Origin: Candidatus Hermodarchaeota archaeon
GTDB lineage: Archaea > Asgardarchaeota > Heimdallarchaeia > Hodarchaeales > Hodarchaeaceae
DNA: 32,000 nt
Reading direction: 5' to 3'
NCBI GenBank assembly: GCA_048886185.1
Contig: JBHLKY010000016.1
Coordinates: 88,560 to 120,559, forward strand
The position numbers were made by a program, and so were the translations under genes. Under the pieces are notes generated by a model that saw only the letters and a program-made list of their open reading frames with translations, searched no databases and had not been told where the DNA came from. The stretch's first letter is position 1, and each line of letters opens with the position of its first letter. Below are positions 18,736 through 27,082 of this stretch, piece after piece.

Positions 18736-19938
18736 TTAACTAGTATTATGAATTTTCATTGCTAGACGGAAAGCTTTTTCCAAAAGGGAAATAAAACCAG
18801 TAGCTGAACATTTTTGCGCTGTTACATAAGCTCCTTTGGAATATTCAGCAACCAGGTCGGAATTTTCAATTAATTTGGCCATTGCATTGGCAAACAAGTT
18901 TGAATCATTTGGTGGGACAAGAATTCCATTCCATTCATTTTGAATATAATCTAAAACCCCTCCTCTAGAGACACCAATTACAGGAAGTCTTTGACTCATG
19001 GCTTCAATCACTGTTAACCCTTGGGTCTCTGTATCACTTGGCGTAACCATAAATTCTGCCATTCTATATATGTATGGCAGTTTGGTGTGACTGATGAATC
19101 CTGTAAATGCATAATTTTTCAGATTAAGCTCGGAAGCCTGCTTCGAATACATTTTAAGGTGAGGACCATCTCCTACTATCAATAAAAAGACGTTTGAGAA
19201 TTTTTTCTCTATCTTTTTGAATGCTTTCAGCATTACTTCTAGCTTTTTCTCATAAGAGATTCTTCCACAGTAGATAATAACTCGGTGATGGGATTTAATT
19301 CTAAATTTTTCTCGAATTTGACTTTGAAATGTCTTTTCTTCTCGTGATTCTAAATCAGTTTTAAAAAAAACACTTGAAATCATATTTGGTAAGGCATAAA
19401 CAGGGGGTTTCACCCCGTTAGATTTCAGGGCTTGCTGAAGTGTTTTGGAGGGTGTTACAACTACATTGGAATATTTATAAAACCATCTGATATATATCCA
19501 AGCGAATTTTCGGAACCACGGAGTAAATTTTTCTGCTTGAAATCCACCAATCAAATGCCCTGAATATTCTACTAAATCTGTATGATAAGTATTCAAGAGG
19601 GGAAGGTCATCAAAAACACGAGCTGTTAAAACAGCTCCATATCCTAACGAAAAGGGGCTATGTGAATGGATTAGATCAAATTTTTTTTCCTTACGAAGAG
19701 CCTTTGTTAGTAGTAAACTTGGGAAGGCAATATTATATCCTGGATAGGCTGGGAAAGGAATACTTTTCAGCTCATATATAGGAATGTCTTCTATTTCAAA
19801 TTGTTTACTTTGCTTTAATTTAGGGACGAAAATAACGAATTCATGTTTATTTTTTAAGCTTTGAACTTCATTAATAATACTAATAACAACCCCATTTAAA
19901 TTTGGAACCCAGCTATCAGAAAATAAACCGATTTTCAC
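18736..19938 (-). CDS. GT4 glycosyltransferase, monoglucosyl-lipid (MGlcDAG) synthase-like (GT4_UGDG-like)
   Basis: MKIGLFSDSWVPNLNGVVISI, IHSHSPFSLG, TYHTDL, VVTPS, GRISYEK, VGDGP and ETQGLTVIEAM. Confidence 0.85.
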   Translation of the reverse strand: MKIGLFSDSWVPNLNGVVISIINEVQSLKNKHEFVIFVPKLKQSKQFEIEDIPIYELKSIPFPAYPGYNIAFPSLLLTKALRKEKKFDLIHSHSPFSLGYGAVLTARVFDDLPLLNTYHTDLVEYSGHLIGGFQAEKFTPWFRKFAWIYIRWFYKYSNVVVTPSKTLQQALKSNGVKPPVYALPNMISSVFFKTDLESREEKTFQSQIREKFRIKSHHRVIIYCGRISYEKKLEVMLKAFKKIEKKFSNVFLLIVGDGPHLKMYSKQASELNLKNYAFTGFISHTKLPYIYRMAEFMVTPSDTETQGLTVIEAMSQRLPVIGVSRGGVLDYIQNEWNGILVPPNDSNLFANAMAKLIENSDLVAEYSKGAYVTAQKCSATGFISLLEKAFRLAMKIHNTS

Positions 19939-19968
19939 TGTATTAAACCCAAATCAAGTAGTTTAGTT

Positions 19969-20895
19969 TCAAGACTCATTGTTCCTTAAATTAATATACT
20001 TTATATCATCACCTTGGAGAGCAATCTTTTCTAATTCTTGTATTAATATCTCTGGAATTTCTTCTGACTTAGGAGAACAAGCAGCTGCCATTCGATGGCC
20101 ACCACCACCAAATGCTCTTGCAACGATTGAAACATCATAGAGTAGCTGTTCGGATTTTGTTACTCTAAAACTTACTCGTAATGGTTCTTCAGAAGATTTA
20201 GAATAAATTAAAGCAATCACAGCGACATTTTGTTCAAATAGAGGTTGGAAGACTTCTTTTGCAAGCTTACTATGAATAGCTTGTCGTGAGTCAATTATCA
20301 AAATTCTTGGGAATGAAGTTATCATAGCAAGAAAATCTTTGATGGTTTTCTTCGTTTCAACATAGATTGAACTAATTTTGTCAAATTTCTCTTCTAACCA
20401 TTTGGAACTTAGAATTCTGTTCCCTTTTCTAGCCAATAATTCACTAATTTGACGGAGAATGTCAAGATTATCACTATTCATACTTAATACAATTTGCAAT
20501 GGTTCGTAGATGGAGGGTAATAAAGCAATGTCAGCTAAATGACCAATTTCTTTGATTTCTTCAGCAATGGAATCTCCACTCTGCTGTAAAAATTCAAAAA
20601 CAAGATCTGTAGCTGAAGCTGCTGTCGGATCCACGATATCTTCTTGTGATAAGCGATTAGATTCTTTTAACTTTTCATAATTTGACTGGTGGTGATCTAT
20701 ATTAACAGAAAATCCTATCTTCGGTAAATCGCATGTATAATCAGTATAAAAACCAGTTCTAGATAATTCTCCTGCCTCTTTGACAGTTGCGTAAATAATG
20801 TCCACTTTGAAGTCATACTTTCGAAGAAATAATGCAGCACAACAGATCCCATCGAGATCTGTGTGGGTCACAACTTTCACAGTTCTTTCCCACAA
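19969..20895 (-). CDS. DHH/DHHA1-family phosphoesterase (NrnA-like)
   Basis: HTDLDG, NIDHH, AASAT, DIA and C-terminal FGGGGHRMAAAC. TTG start overlapping the upstream gene's 3' end. Confidence 0.9.
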   Translation of the reverse strand: MWERTVKVVTHTDLDGICCAALFLRKYDFKVDIIYATVKEAGELSRTGFYTDYTCDLPKIGFSVNIDHHQSNYEKLKESNRLSQEDIVDPTAASATDLVFEFLQQSGDSIAEEIKEIGHLADIALLPSIYEPLQIVLSMNSDNLDILRQISELLARKGNRILSSKWLEEKFDKISSIYVETKKTIKDFLAMITSFPRILIIDSRQAIHSKLAKEVFQPLFEQNVAVIALIYSKSSEEPLRVSFRVTKSEQLLYDVSIVARAFGGGGHRMAAACSPKSEEIPEILIQELEKIALQGDDIKYINLRNNES

Positions 20896-23573
20896 TTGAA
20901 ACAGTACTTTGATCCTTTTTCATATCTTTGAGTATTACATTGAGGACATATTTGTAGTGTCTCTAATCCCGAAGGATGAGATCCTTTTCTTCCTTTTTGC
21001 AGTTCAAGAGCTACTCGTTGTTCAATAGGTGATTGTCTTTGAGGTTTTCGAGATGATAAAAGAAAATAAACAACTCCTAGGAGTACAAAGCCACCAATAA
21101 TTAGTAAAAAGAAGCTATTCTGGGAAGAGGTATCTAGAACTTCAATAGCAAATACACCATTAGTTGGAGTTTTTGTGATTGCTTTAAGGTTAAGCCAAAG
21201 GATGGCTTGACCTTTAGTTAATGGTTTCCAAGAGCCCAAATATATATTATTTCTTTTCCTGAACACAATTTGACTAAAAGATCCGTTTGCTTCTATAATA
21301 GTGCCATTGAAATAAGGTATATTCATCTTTATGAAATTTGCCTCATTTATAGTTAGTTGAATTTGAGTTGATTGTCCTTTCGTGGGAGAAGGAGACGTGA
21401 GAAGAATGTCTAGCGGTAATTGTTGATCCTGAAGCATCCAACGGAAGATACGGGAGATTACCATGATATTATTCTTTGAGAAATTTACTCCAAGATCATT
21501 AAAAGGAAGAAATCCTCCAAATACAATTACTTTTCCTTTCGATTCTGGGTCCTCCCAATAGCCAGCAACATTATGTTCTTCATCGTTTACTTGATCAATT
21601 GCAGTTGCAAGGATGTTTCCTCCCTTTTTAGGTGAGACATTTATTGAGGTACCTGCATAATCAAAATCCCAACCCTTTTCTTCAAATATTGGATCAGAAA
21701 TACTAGTTGTTGCATGGCTGAAGAGAGGGGGAGAAGATAAATCCTGATCAATGCTGAAACCATATCGCTTCAATAATTTATTAATGTTTGTTGGATTAGA
21801 GTAAATCTCTATTCCATCATAAAGAACTAAGAGAGAACGACCGCTACTCACCCATTCTTGAATTATCGCAATCTCTTGATCTGATATTTCGAGATCAATG
21901 TCTGTTAATACAAGAATATTGTGATCATTCAGATCTTCTGTCGTTATTTTACCATTTGATTGTTTAGTCTCAATTAGCGGTCCATATGTCTCTAAAATAC
22001 TGTCTGGTTTAGTGGCTCCCCACGAGACCATTCCATAATATAGTTCGAGAAAATACTGCAACTGACTAAATTCACCAGTAGGTCCATCAGGAATAAATGT
22101 TTCATTATCATATCCCTGATAGAAGAGAATATTGCCTCCTGGATATCTATTTTCAATGATAATTGAGAGATTAGATGAATAAATTCCATTGGAAAAATAA
22201 AATTTAACATAACCCTCTCTCTTTGCCATAGTAAGGTTTTCGGGTATCTTCAATGATATATCAATGATATTCAAACCAGAAGTAATATTCTTTGGCAAAG
22301 ACCCAACTGTAACATTTATTGGAAATTTTTGGGTTGCATTTTCATCAGAAAATACTTGATATGTATTGATCTCCGTCAAATTGCTATTAATTGTGGAATA
22401 AAGGCTAAGATGATAAGTTCTATTTATCCCATTGACTGCATGTCCAAAATAAATAAAATAAGAAGAGATTTCTCTTGGTGCAAAAATAAATAGTGGATTA
22501 TTGATATTTACGGTTTTTAATAGCTCATAAGCTTTAGAAATATCCAAAAATCCATTTCCTTGTCTTATTGGGGAAATATTATTCATGAATTGGGCTGTTT
22601 CAAGAAGAGCAGCTTTTAATGTTGTTGGTGATTTGTCTGGAAAAGCTTCTTTTAAGAGGGCAAGTGCTCCTGTTACGAATGAAGCAGCATAAGATGTACC
22701 TGTATTGCTTACAAATTTTCCTCTATGGTCATATCCTACAATATTCACCCCTGGAGCTACTAGGTCTGGACCCATTAGTCCTGAAGGCCTTGGTCCCCGT
22801 GAAGTGGTAATAGGTAAATGAGTTTGATTGTAAGCCATTCCAACTACAATTGTTTCGGCATAGATTGCTGGAGATGACAAACTACTAGCAAATGGTCCTA
22901 TATTTCCTGCAGCAAAAACAGTTGTAATGTTTCGTGAGTTAAGATCAGTAATTAAAGACGAATTAACTGATTCCAAGTTGGTGGTACCAACTGATGTATG
23001 AATAATCGTTGAGTTGTATTCTAGGGCAAGTTTTAAGCCTGCTTCAATGGACTCAGGTTTTGCCAATCCTGTGGAATCACTTACTTTGATGCTAATTAGG
23101 CTAGCATTAGGCGCAATCTTTGAAATAATTGATGCTACGAATGTTCCGTGACCATTATCATCATCAACCTGAGTAGAATTGAAGATAGTAGTATTTTTTA
23201 CCATTATATTTTTGATCCATTCAACCTCATTGATTCCTGAATCTAAAATAGCAATAGTGACATTCTCACCAGTGAGTCCTTCATTATTTAGCGCCTGAGG
23301 ATTAATTAGATCTAAAATTGCTTGAAAAGCATCATTTTCATTTGTTATTTTATGATTCGTTGGGATTATGCCTTCATTTTTACTGAAATAGTGCTTCAAA
23401 CTAGATTTATCAGCCAAATCTGAATCGAAATCTGGAAAAAAAGAAGAATTATTCTCCGATTTTTGTGATACTATAATGTCTGAATTGAAGCTAAAGTCAC
23501 TTAGAAGGCTTACATGAAGAATAAATAGAACAATAAACGCATTTTGTTTAAAGTTTTTTACTATACGCATCAA
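20877..23573 (-). CDS. Membrane-anchored S8 serine protease, S1P/MBTPS1-like, with a cytoplasmic Zn ribbon
   Basis: Triad DSG / DDDNGHGTFVA / GTSYAA with oxyanion AGN. GATase1/DUF4350-like domain (ILVLTD...EIAIIQEWVSSGRSLLVL), TM helix and tail CPQC-x11-CFNCGKEL. Confidence 0.9.
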   Translation of the reverse strand: MMRIVKNFKQNAFIVLFILHVSLLSDFSFNSDIIVSQKSENNSSFFPDFDSDLADKSSLKHYFSKNEGIIPTNHKITNENDAFQAILDLINPQALNNEGLTGENVTIAILDSGINEVEWIKNIMVKNTTIFNSTQVDDDNGHGTFVASIISKIAPNASLISIKVSDSTGLAKPESIEAGLKLALEYNSTIIHTSVGTTNLESVNSSLITDLNSRNITTVFAAGNIGPFASSLSSPAIYAETIVVGMAYNQTHLPITTSRGPRPSGLMGPDLVAPGVNIVGYDHRGKFVSNTGTSYAASFVTGALALLKEAFPDKSPTTLKAALLETAQFMNNISPIRQGNGFLDISKAYELLKTVNINNPLFIFAPREISSYFIYFGHAVNGINRTYHLSLYSTINSNLTEINTYQVFSDENATQKFPINVTVGSLPKNITSGLNIIDISLKIPENLTMAKREGYVKFYFSNGIYSSNLSIIIENRYPGGNILFYQGYDNETFIPDGPTGEFSQLQYFLELYYGMVSWGATKPDSILETYGPLIETKQSNGKITTEDLNDHNILVLTDIDLEISDQEIAIIQEWVSSGRSLLVLYDGIEIYSNPTNINKLLKRYGFSIDQDLSSPPLFSHATTSISDPIFEEKGWDFDYAGTSINVSPKKGGNILATAIDQVNDEEHNVAGYWEDPESKGKVIVFGGFLPFNDLGVNFSKNNIMVISRIFRWMLQDQQLPLDILLTSPSPTKGQSTQIQLTINEANFIKMNIPYFNGTIIEANGSFSQIVFRKRNNIYLGSWKPLTKGQAILWLNLKAITKTPTNGVFAIEVLDTSSQNSFFLLIIGGFVLLGVVYFLLSSRKPQRQSPIEQRVALELQKGRKGSHPSGLETLQICPQCNTQRYEKGSKYCFNCGKEL

Positions 23574-23603
23574 AACATCATCCGTTTTTAAATCAGAAGA
23601 TCC

Positions 23604-24395
23604 TCAGTTCAATATTGTAAATATATCGGTAATTGAATCAATTTCTGCTGTGGGTAAAACATTTTTCATATGATTATCGGAAATTCCTGTTCTTACTAAG
23701 ACAGTTTCGATTCCAGCATTAATCCCTGCTAAAATATCGGTAGACAGACGGTCTCCAATATATAATGCCTTCGTAGGATCAGAACATCCCATTTCATTAA
23801 GTGTAATGTCAATTAGGTACCGATTTGGCTTCCCAATAATTATATCAGGTTCTTTATTACAGGCATTTGCCAATGCAGCAATTCCCGCTCCTGTTCCTGG
23901 AACTAGCAAGTCTTCTAAGGGAAAACTATTATCAGGATTTGTGCCTAAAAAGAAACCCGAATCATTTAAGATTACTCTCATCGCGTCTGCCAGTTTTTGC
24001 CAAGTGAGCTGGCGATCCCATCCTATACAGACACCTTGCAGTTGGGATTCATATTTTATTGTTGCATAGATGTCTTGTAATTCTAGTTCCTCTCGCAGTC
24101 CTTTCTCTCCAATCATAAAAACTCGATTATAGTTTCTCTCTTTTAAATAGATGGCCGCTCCATATGCTGAGTTTATGATTGTGTAATTTCTAGGATTAAA
24201 TCCTAAAGATTTAAATTTTTGTTTAAAACCATATCGTGATAAACTGGAATTGTTTGTTACAAAACCTAATTTATACCCCGCTTCCTCTAATTCCTCAAGA
24301 GTTGATTTGGCTCCTTTAATTGTCTGATTTCCCTTCCAAACCACACCATCACAATCCATAAGCATATAATGTTTCTTAGTAAGCTGGGTTTCCAA
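23604..24395 (-). CDS. HAD-superfamily subfamily IIA phosphatase (NagD/PGP-like)
   Basis: DCDGVVW, FVTNNS, GTNPD, PGTGA, IGKP and IGDRLSTDILAG. Confidence 0.92.
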   Translation of the reverse strand: METQLTKKHYMLMDCDGVVWKGNQTIKGAKSTLEELEEAGYKLGFVTNNSSLSRYGFKQKFKSLGFNPRNYTIINSAYGAAIYLKERNYNRVFMIGEKGLREELELQDIYATIKYESQLQGVCIGWDRQLTWQKLADAMRVILNDSGFFLGTNPDNSFPLEDLLVPGTGAGIAALANACNKEPDIIIGKPNRYLIDITLNEMGCSDPTKALYIGDRLSTDILAGINAGIETVLVRTGISDNHMKNVLPTAEIDSITDIFTILN

Positions 24396-24470
24396 TTTCT
24401 TTCAAATCCTTCGATCTTGAGATAGATGTAAAATCCTTTTTCTCGACTCAATCCATAACTTTGATCTTAT

Positions 24471-25886
24471 TTAGAGAAATTGGCTGAAAAATGACCTCGA
24501 TCGTAATTGAGATCGCAAATTCTTGTGTTCCTCAAGGAGCTTGTGCATGAAAATTTTAGCCTTTTCAGGTTGACTAAGGAGTAACCACGAATTAAGTAGT
24601 AGTTCCAGCTCTTCTAGTCGGTTAGTAGGATCTTTTATAACAATGGGTTCCAATAAATCGATTGTTCTTTTGAAATCCCGCAAATCGAATGCTAATTTAG
24701 CTGCTAGTCGGCTCCCAGGAACATGACTAGGATCAGCGGTTGCCACATCATTTGCTAGCTTGTATGCTGTTTTAAAATCCCTCTCCTGAACTGCAAGTAA
24801 AGCTAATTGTAATTTACTTTCATAAAATTTTGGATCCAATTCAATTGAACGCTTAAAGTTTTCTTTGGCCCCAGAAATGTCTTTTAACTGAAGTAAAGTC
24901 AACCCTAAATAGAAAGGAATAATGGGATTATATTTATCAAGACGTATAGCATCCTCTAAAGTCTGTTTCGCTCTAGCTGGCCGATCAAGTTCTAAAAATA
25001 ATTCAGTAAGTAATAATGCAATCTCTAAGGTTGGTTTCCCATGTTTTTTTGCTTGATAAAGAGCTTCAATGGCTTCTTTTTCTCTTTTTAGATTTTTTAA
25101 AACTCGTCCAAGATTAACAAAAAGACTTTGAGGCGGTTTTTCGGGATGAAATAATTGTACCGCCCTTTGGTATGCATCATATGCCTTTTTCCATTCTGCA
25201 TTCGCATGATATGAGATACCTAGTCCATACTGGGCATACTGTGATTTAGGAAAACGAGACAGTATCTCTTCATAAACAAGAATTGCTTGATTGTAATCCT
25301 TCTTGTCTAATAATGTTTGAGCTAACAAAAGACCTGGATCAGGATGGTTCGTGGTATGAATGGCTTTCCTCAGTACTTGTTCTGCTTTTTGATCTTCTTT
25401 CAGATCATTCCATACAATTGCCAATTCTATAGCAATTTGATGTGATTCTGGGAATTTTTTTTGCGCTGACTCGAGAACTTTGATAGCATTTTTATTTGCA
25501 TTTTGTCTTCGGAGAGTTCTACTAAGTAAAATTGGTATTTCAGGATCTTTCTTATCAAGTCGTGAAGCCTGTTCAAAGCTTTTCGCAGCTTCAGAATATT
25601 GTTCAAGCTGGGATTCTGTAATACCCTTTTTTACCCATATTCTAGCGTTTTTTTTATCTAATCTGACCGCTATGCTGAAGGCTTTTAGTGCATCGGAGGG
25701 AAGTTTAAGCTTAGTTAAAGCAATACCATAATTAGCCCATACGCCTGAATTTTGCTGCATTTCTTCATCATTTAACGCGGCCTCGAATTTTCTGCGTGCT
25801 TTTGACCATTTCTTTCTGTTTAATGCAAAAACTCCAGATCGTACAAGACGCAGGGGATCTTTCGATTCCTTAGTTCGGGGGGTCAC
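24471..25886 (-). CDS. Multi-TPR protein
   Basis: Many canonical TPRs (e.g. VWANYGIAL, AQYGLGISY, IPFYLGLTL). The GTG at 25886 is preferred; the first 30 codons of the track ORF (from 25976) look like non-coding read-through. Confidence 0.85.
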   Translation of the reverse strand: MTPRTKESKDPLRLVRSGVFALNRKKWSKARRKFEAALNDEEMQQNSGVWANYGIALTKLKLPSDALKAFSIAVRLDKKNARIWVKKGITESQLEQYSEAAKSFEQASRLDKKDPEIPILLSRTLRRQNANKNAIKVLESAQKKFPESHQIAIELAIVWNDLKEDQKAEQVLRKAIHTTNHPDPGLLLAQTLLDKKDYNQAILVYEEILSRFPKSQYAQYGLGISYHANAEWKKAYDAYQRAVQLFHPEKPPQSLFVNLGRVLKNLKREKEAIEALYQAKKHGKPTLEIALLLTELFLELDRPARAKQTLEDAIRLDKYNPIIPFYLGLTLLQLKDISGAKENFKRSIELDPKFYESKLQLALLAVQERDFKTAYKLANDVATADPSHVPGSRLAAKLAFDLRDFKRTIDLLEPIVIKDPTNRLEELELLLNSWLLLSQPEKAKIFMHKLLEEHKNLRSQLRSRSFFSQFL

Positions 25887-26155
25887 GTTAGAACCTTCTA
25901 TTGAATTCTTGGTAGAATTACATAAAAAATCGATCGAAAAAAAGAAATCATAAACAATGGATTCTAATATGAACAATGGACGAGAAAAATTAGTTACAGT
26001 TTTTATTAATCATAATTTCTGAAGGTGATATATTATATGTCGAATGATCAGCTTTTACTGAATTTAATTTGAAATTAAACAAATGCACTACTAGCGTATC
26101 ACTCTCATTTTTAGGTAGCCTAGGGGGTATATGATATATCAACTTTGAGCTTTAA

Positions 26156-26353
26156 ATGTTCTCAGTTGATACAGAAAGAGAAAAGGTGTCGGAAATTAAC
26201 GCTAAAGTAAATGAACTAATCGTAGCCAACAAAAAATCCAGGAAAAGACCCAAGTTACCTGATACTGAGGAAGTTATGCACCCTCTGGAATTGAAATATG
26301 GAAAAGAACCACCTCTTGAAATAAAACCCGAAGAACGTTGGCAATGGCATTAA
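26156..26353 (+). CDS. Small charged hypothetical protein (65 aa)
   Basis: ATG-started ORF in otherwise free space, with coding-like K/E/P-rich composition and a basic cluster KKSRKRPK. Confidence 0.5.
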   Translation: MFSVDTEREKVSEINAKVNELIVANKKSRKRPKLPDTEEVMHPLELKYGKEPPLEIKPEERWQWH

Positions 26354-26356
26354 GTT

Positions 26357-26760
26357 TTCCCGTTTTTGATTTTTTATTCTTTCTGCTAACTCACCATACT
26401 TTCATATGTCGTCAAATCACAGATTGATAAGTGAAATTAAGTCATTTCTTAGTCTTACTTCTTCGACTAGATTTTTTACAGAAAGAATTCTGAGTTCTCA
26501 TTACCATCCTTTTTGTATCAGATCATCTCCAGTTATAGCTAATATCGTTAAACATTAGGTCTATTTTCTGAGAATAACAAAAAAAATAGAGAGAAATCTC
26601 GTACCAATTAGACAAAATCCTCCAATATTTGTTACAAAAGATTAAGATTGACTTTCACTTTCAATTTAGTAGCAATCTCATTAATACTATCAGTTGTCAC
26701 TTAACCAACGTTATTGACAGCTTTTTACGTAAATTTTTCAGTATCATCAAGCTTGTAAAT
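26357..26760 (-). pseudogene. Probable decayed gene of unknown family
   Basis: The minus strand gives protein-like amphipathic stretches broken by stops and a frameshift: VTTDSINEIATKLKVKVNLNLL*QILEDFV*LVRDF and ELRILSVKNLVEEVRLRNDLISLINL*FDDI*KYGELAERIKNQKRE (26497-26357). Confidence 0.35.
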
Positions 26761-26824
26761 TAACCTAAGTCACATGCTATTTTACATATGTTTTTATGTA
26801 AATACATTGACTTATGCAACGTTC
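26746..26824 (+). repeat. Direct repeat copy A (79 bp) with palindromic core TTTACATA-N6-TATGTAAA
   Basis: Aligns without gaps to 29138-29216 with 11 mismatches by my count; the core 26761-26824 has 7 mismatches in 64 bp. Confidence 0.9.
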
Positions 26825-27082
26825 CTATTTTCCAAACCCTTACCAAGATTCAACCCCATTATGAAACACAATGATGACTTCTTATCGAATCTCCTAGAGA
26901 GTTAGAACACTATAAAACTGGAGGGATTTCGCTGGGGATTATGAAGGAAACTACACAGGTTAAGAATTTAATAAAATAAATTCGTAACTATAGCTTAACT
27001 TATAATTCTCAAAGGGCATGAATTCATCAAATTACCAAGAATTCAGTAAATATGATTGAGAGAAATGAGGGTGTCTTAGATA

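Noticed and set aside
1425-25731. Short track ORFs on the opposite strand or in alternate frames of long genes (1425, 5082, 5453, 5754, 6768, 7706, 8474, 10032, 11188, 11706, 13357, 13750, 13886, 14783, 18388, 21992, 22619, 23806, 25480)
   Set aside because: Each lies wholly or mostly within a longer, better-supported gene and has no recognisable motif; these are expected shadow ORFs.
25887-25976. N-terminal 30 codons of the track's 501-aa TPR ORF
   Set aside because: F/I-rich, non-TPR sequence typical of intergenic read-through; the GTG at 25886 is the more plausible start.
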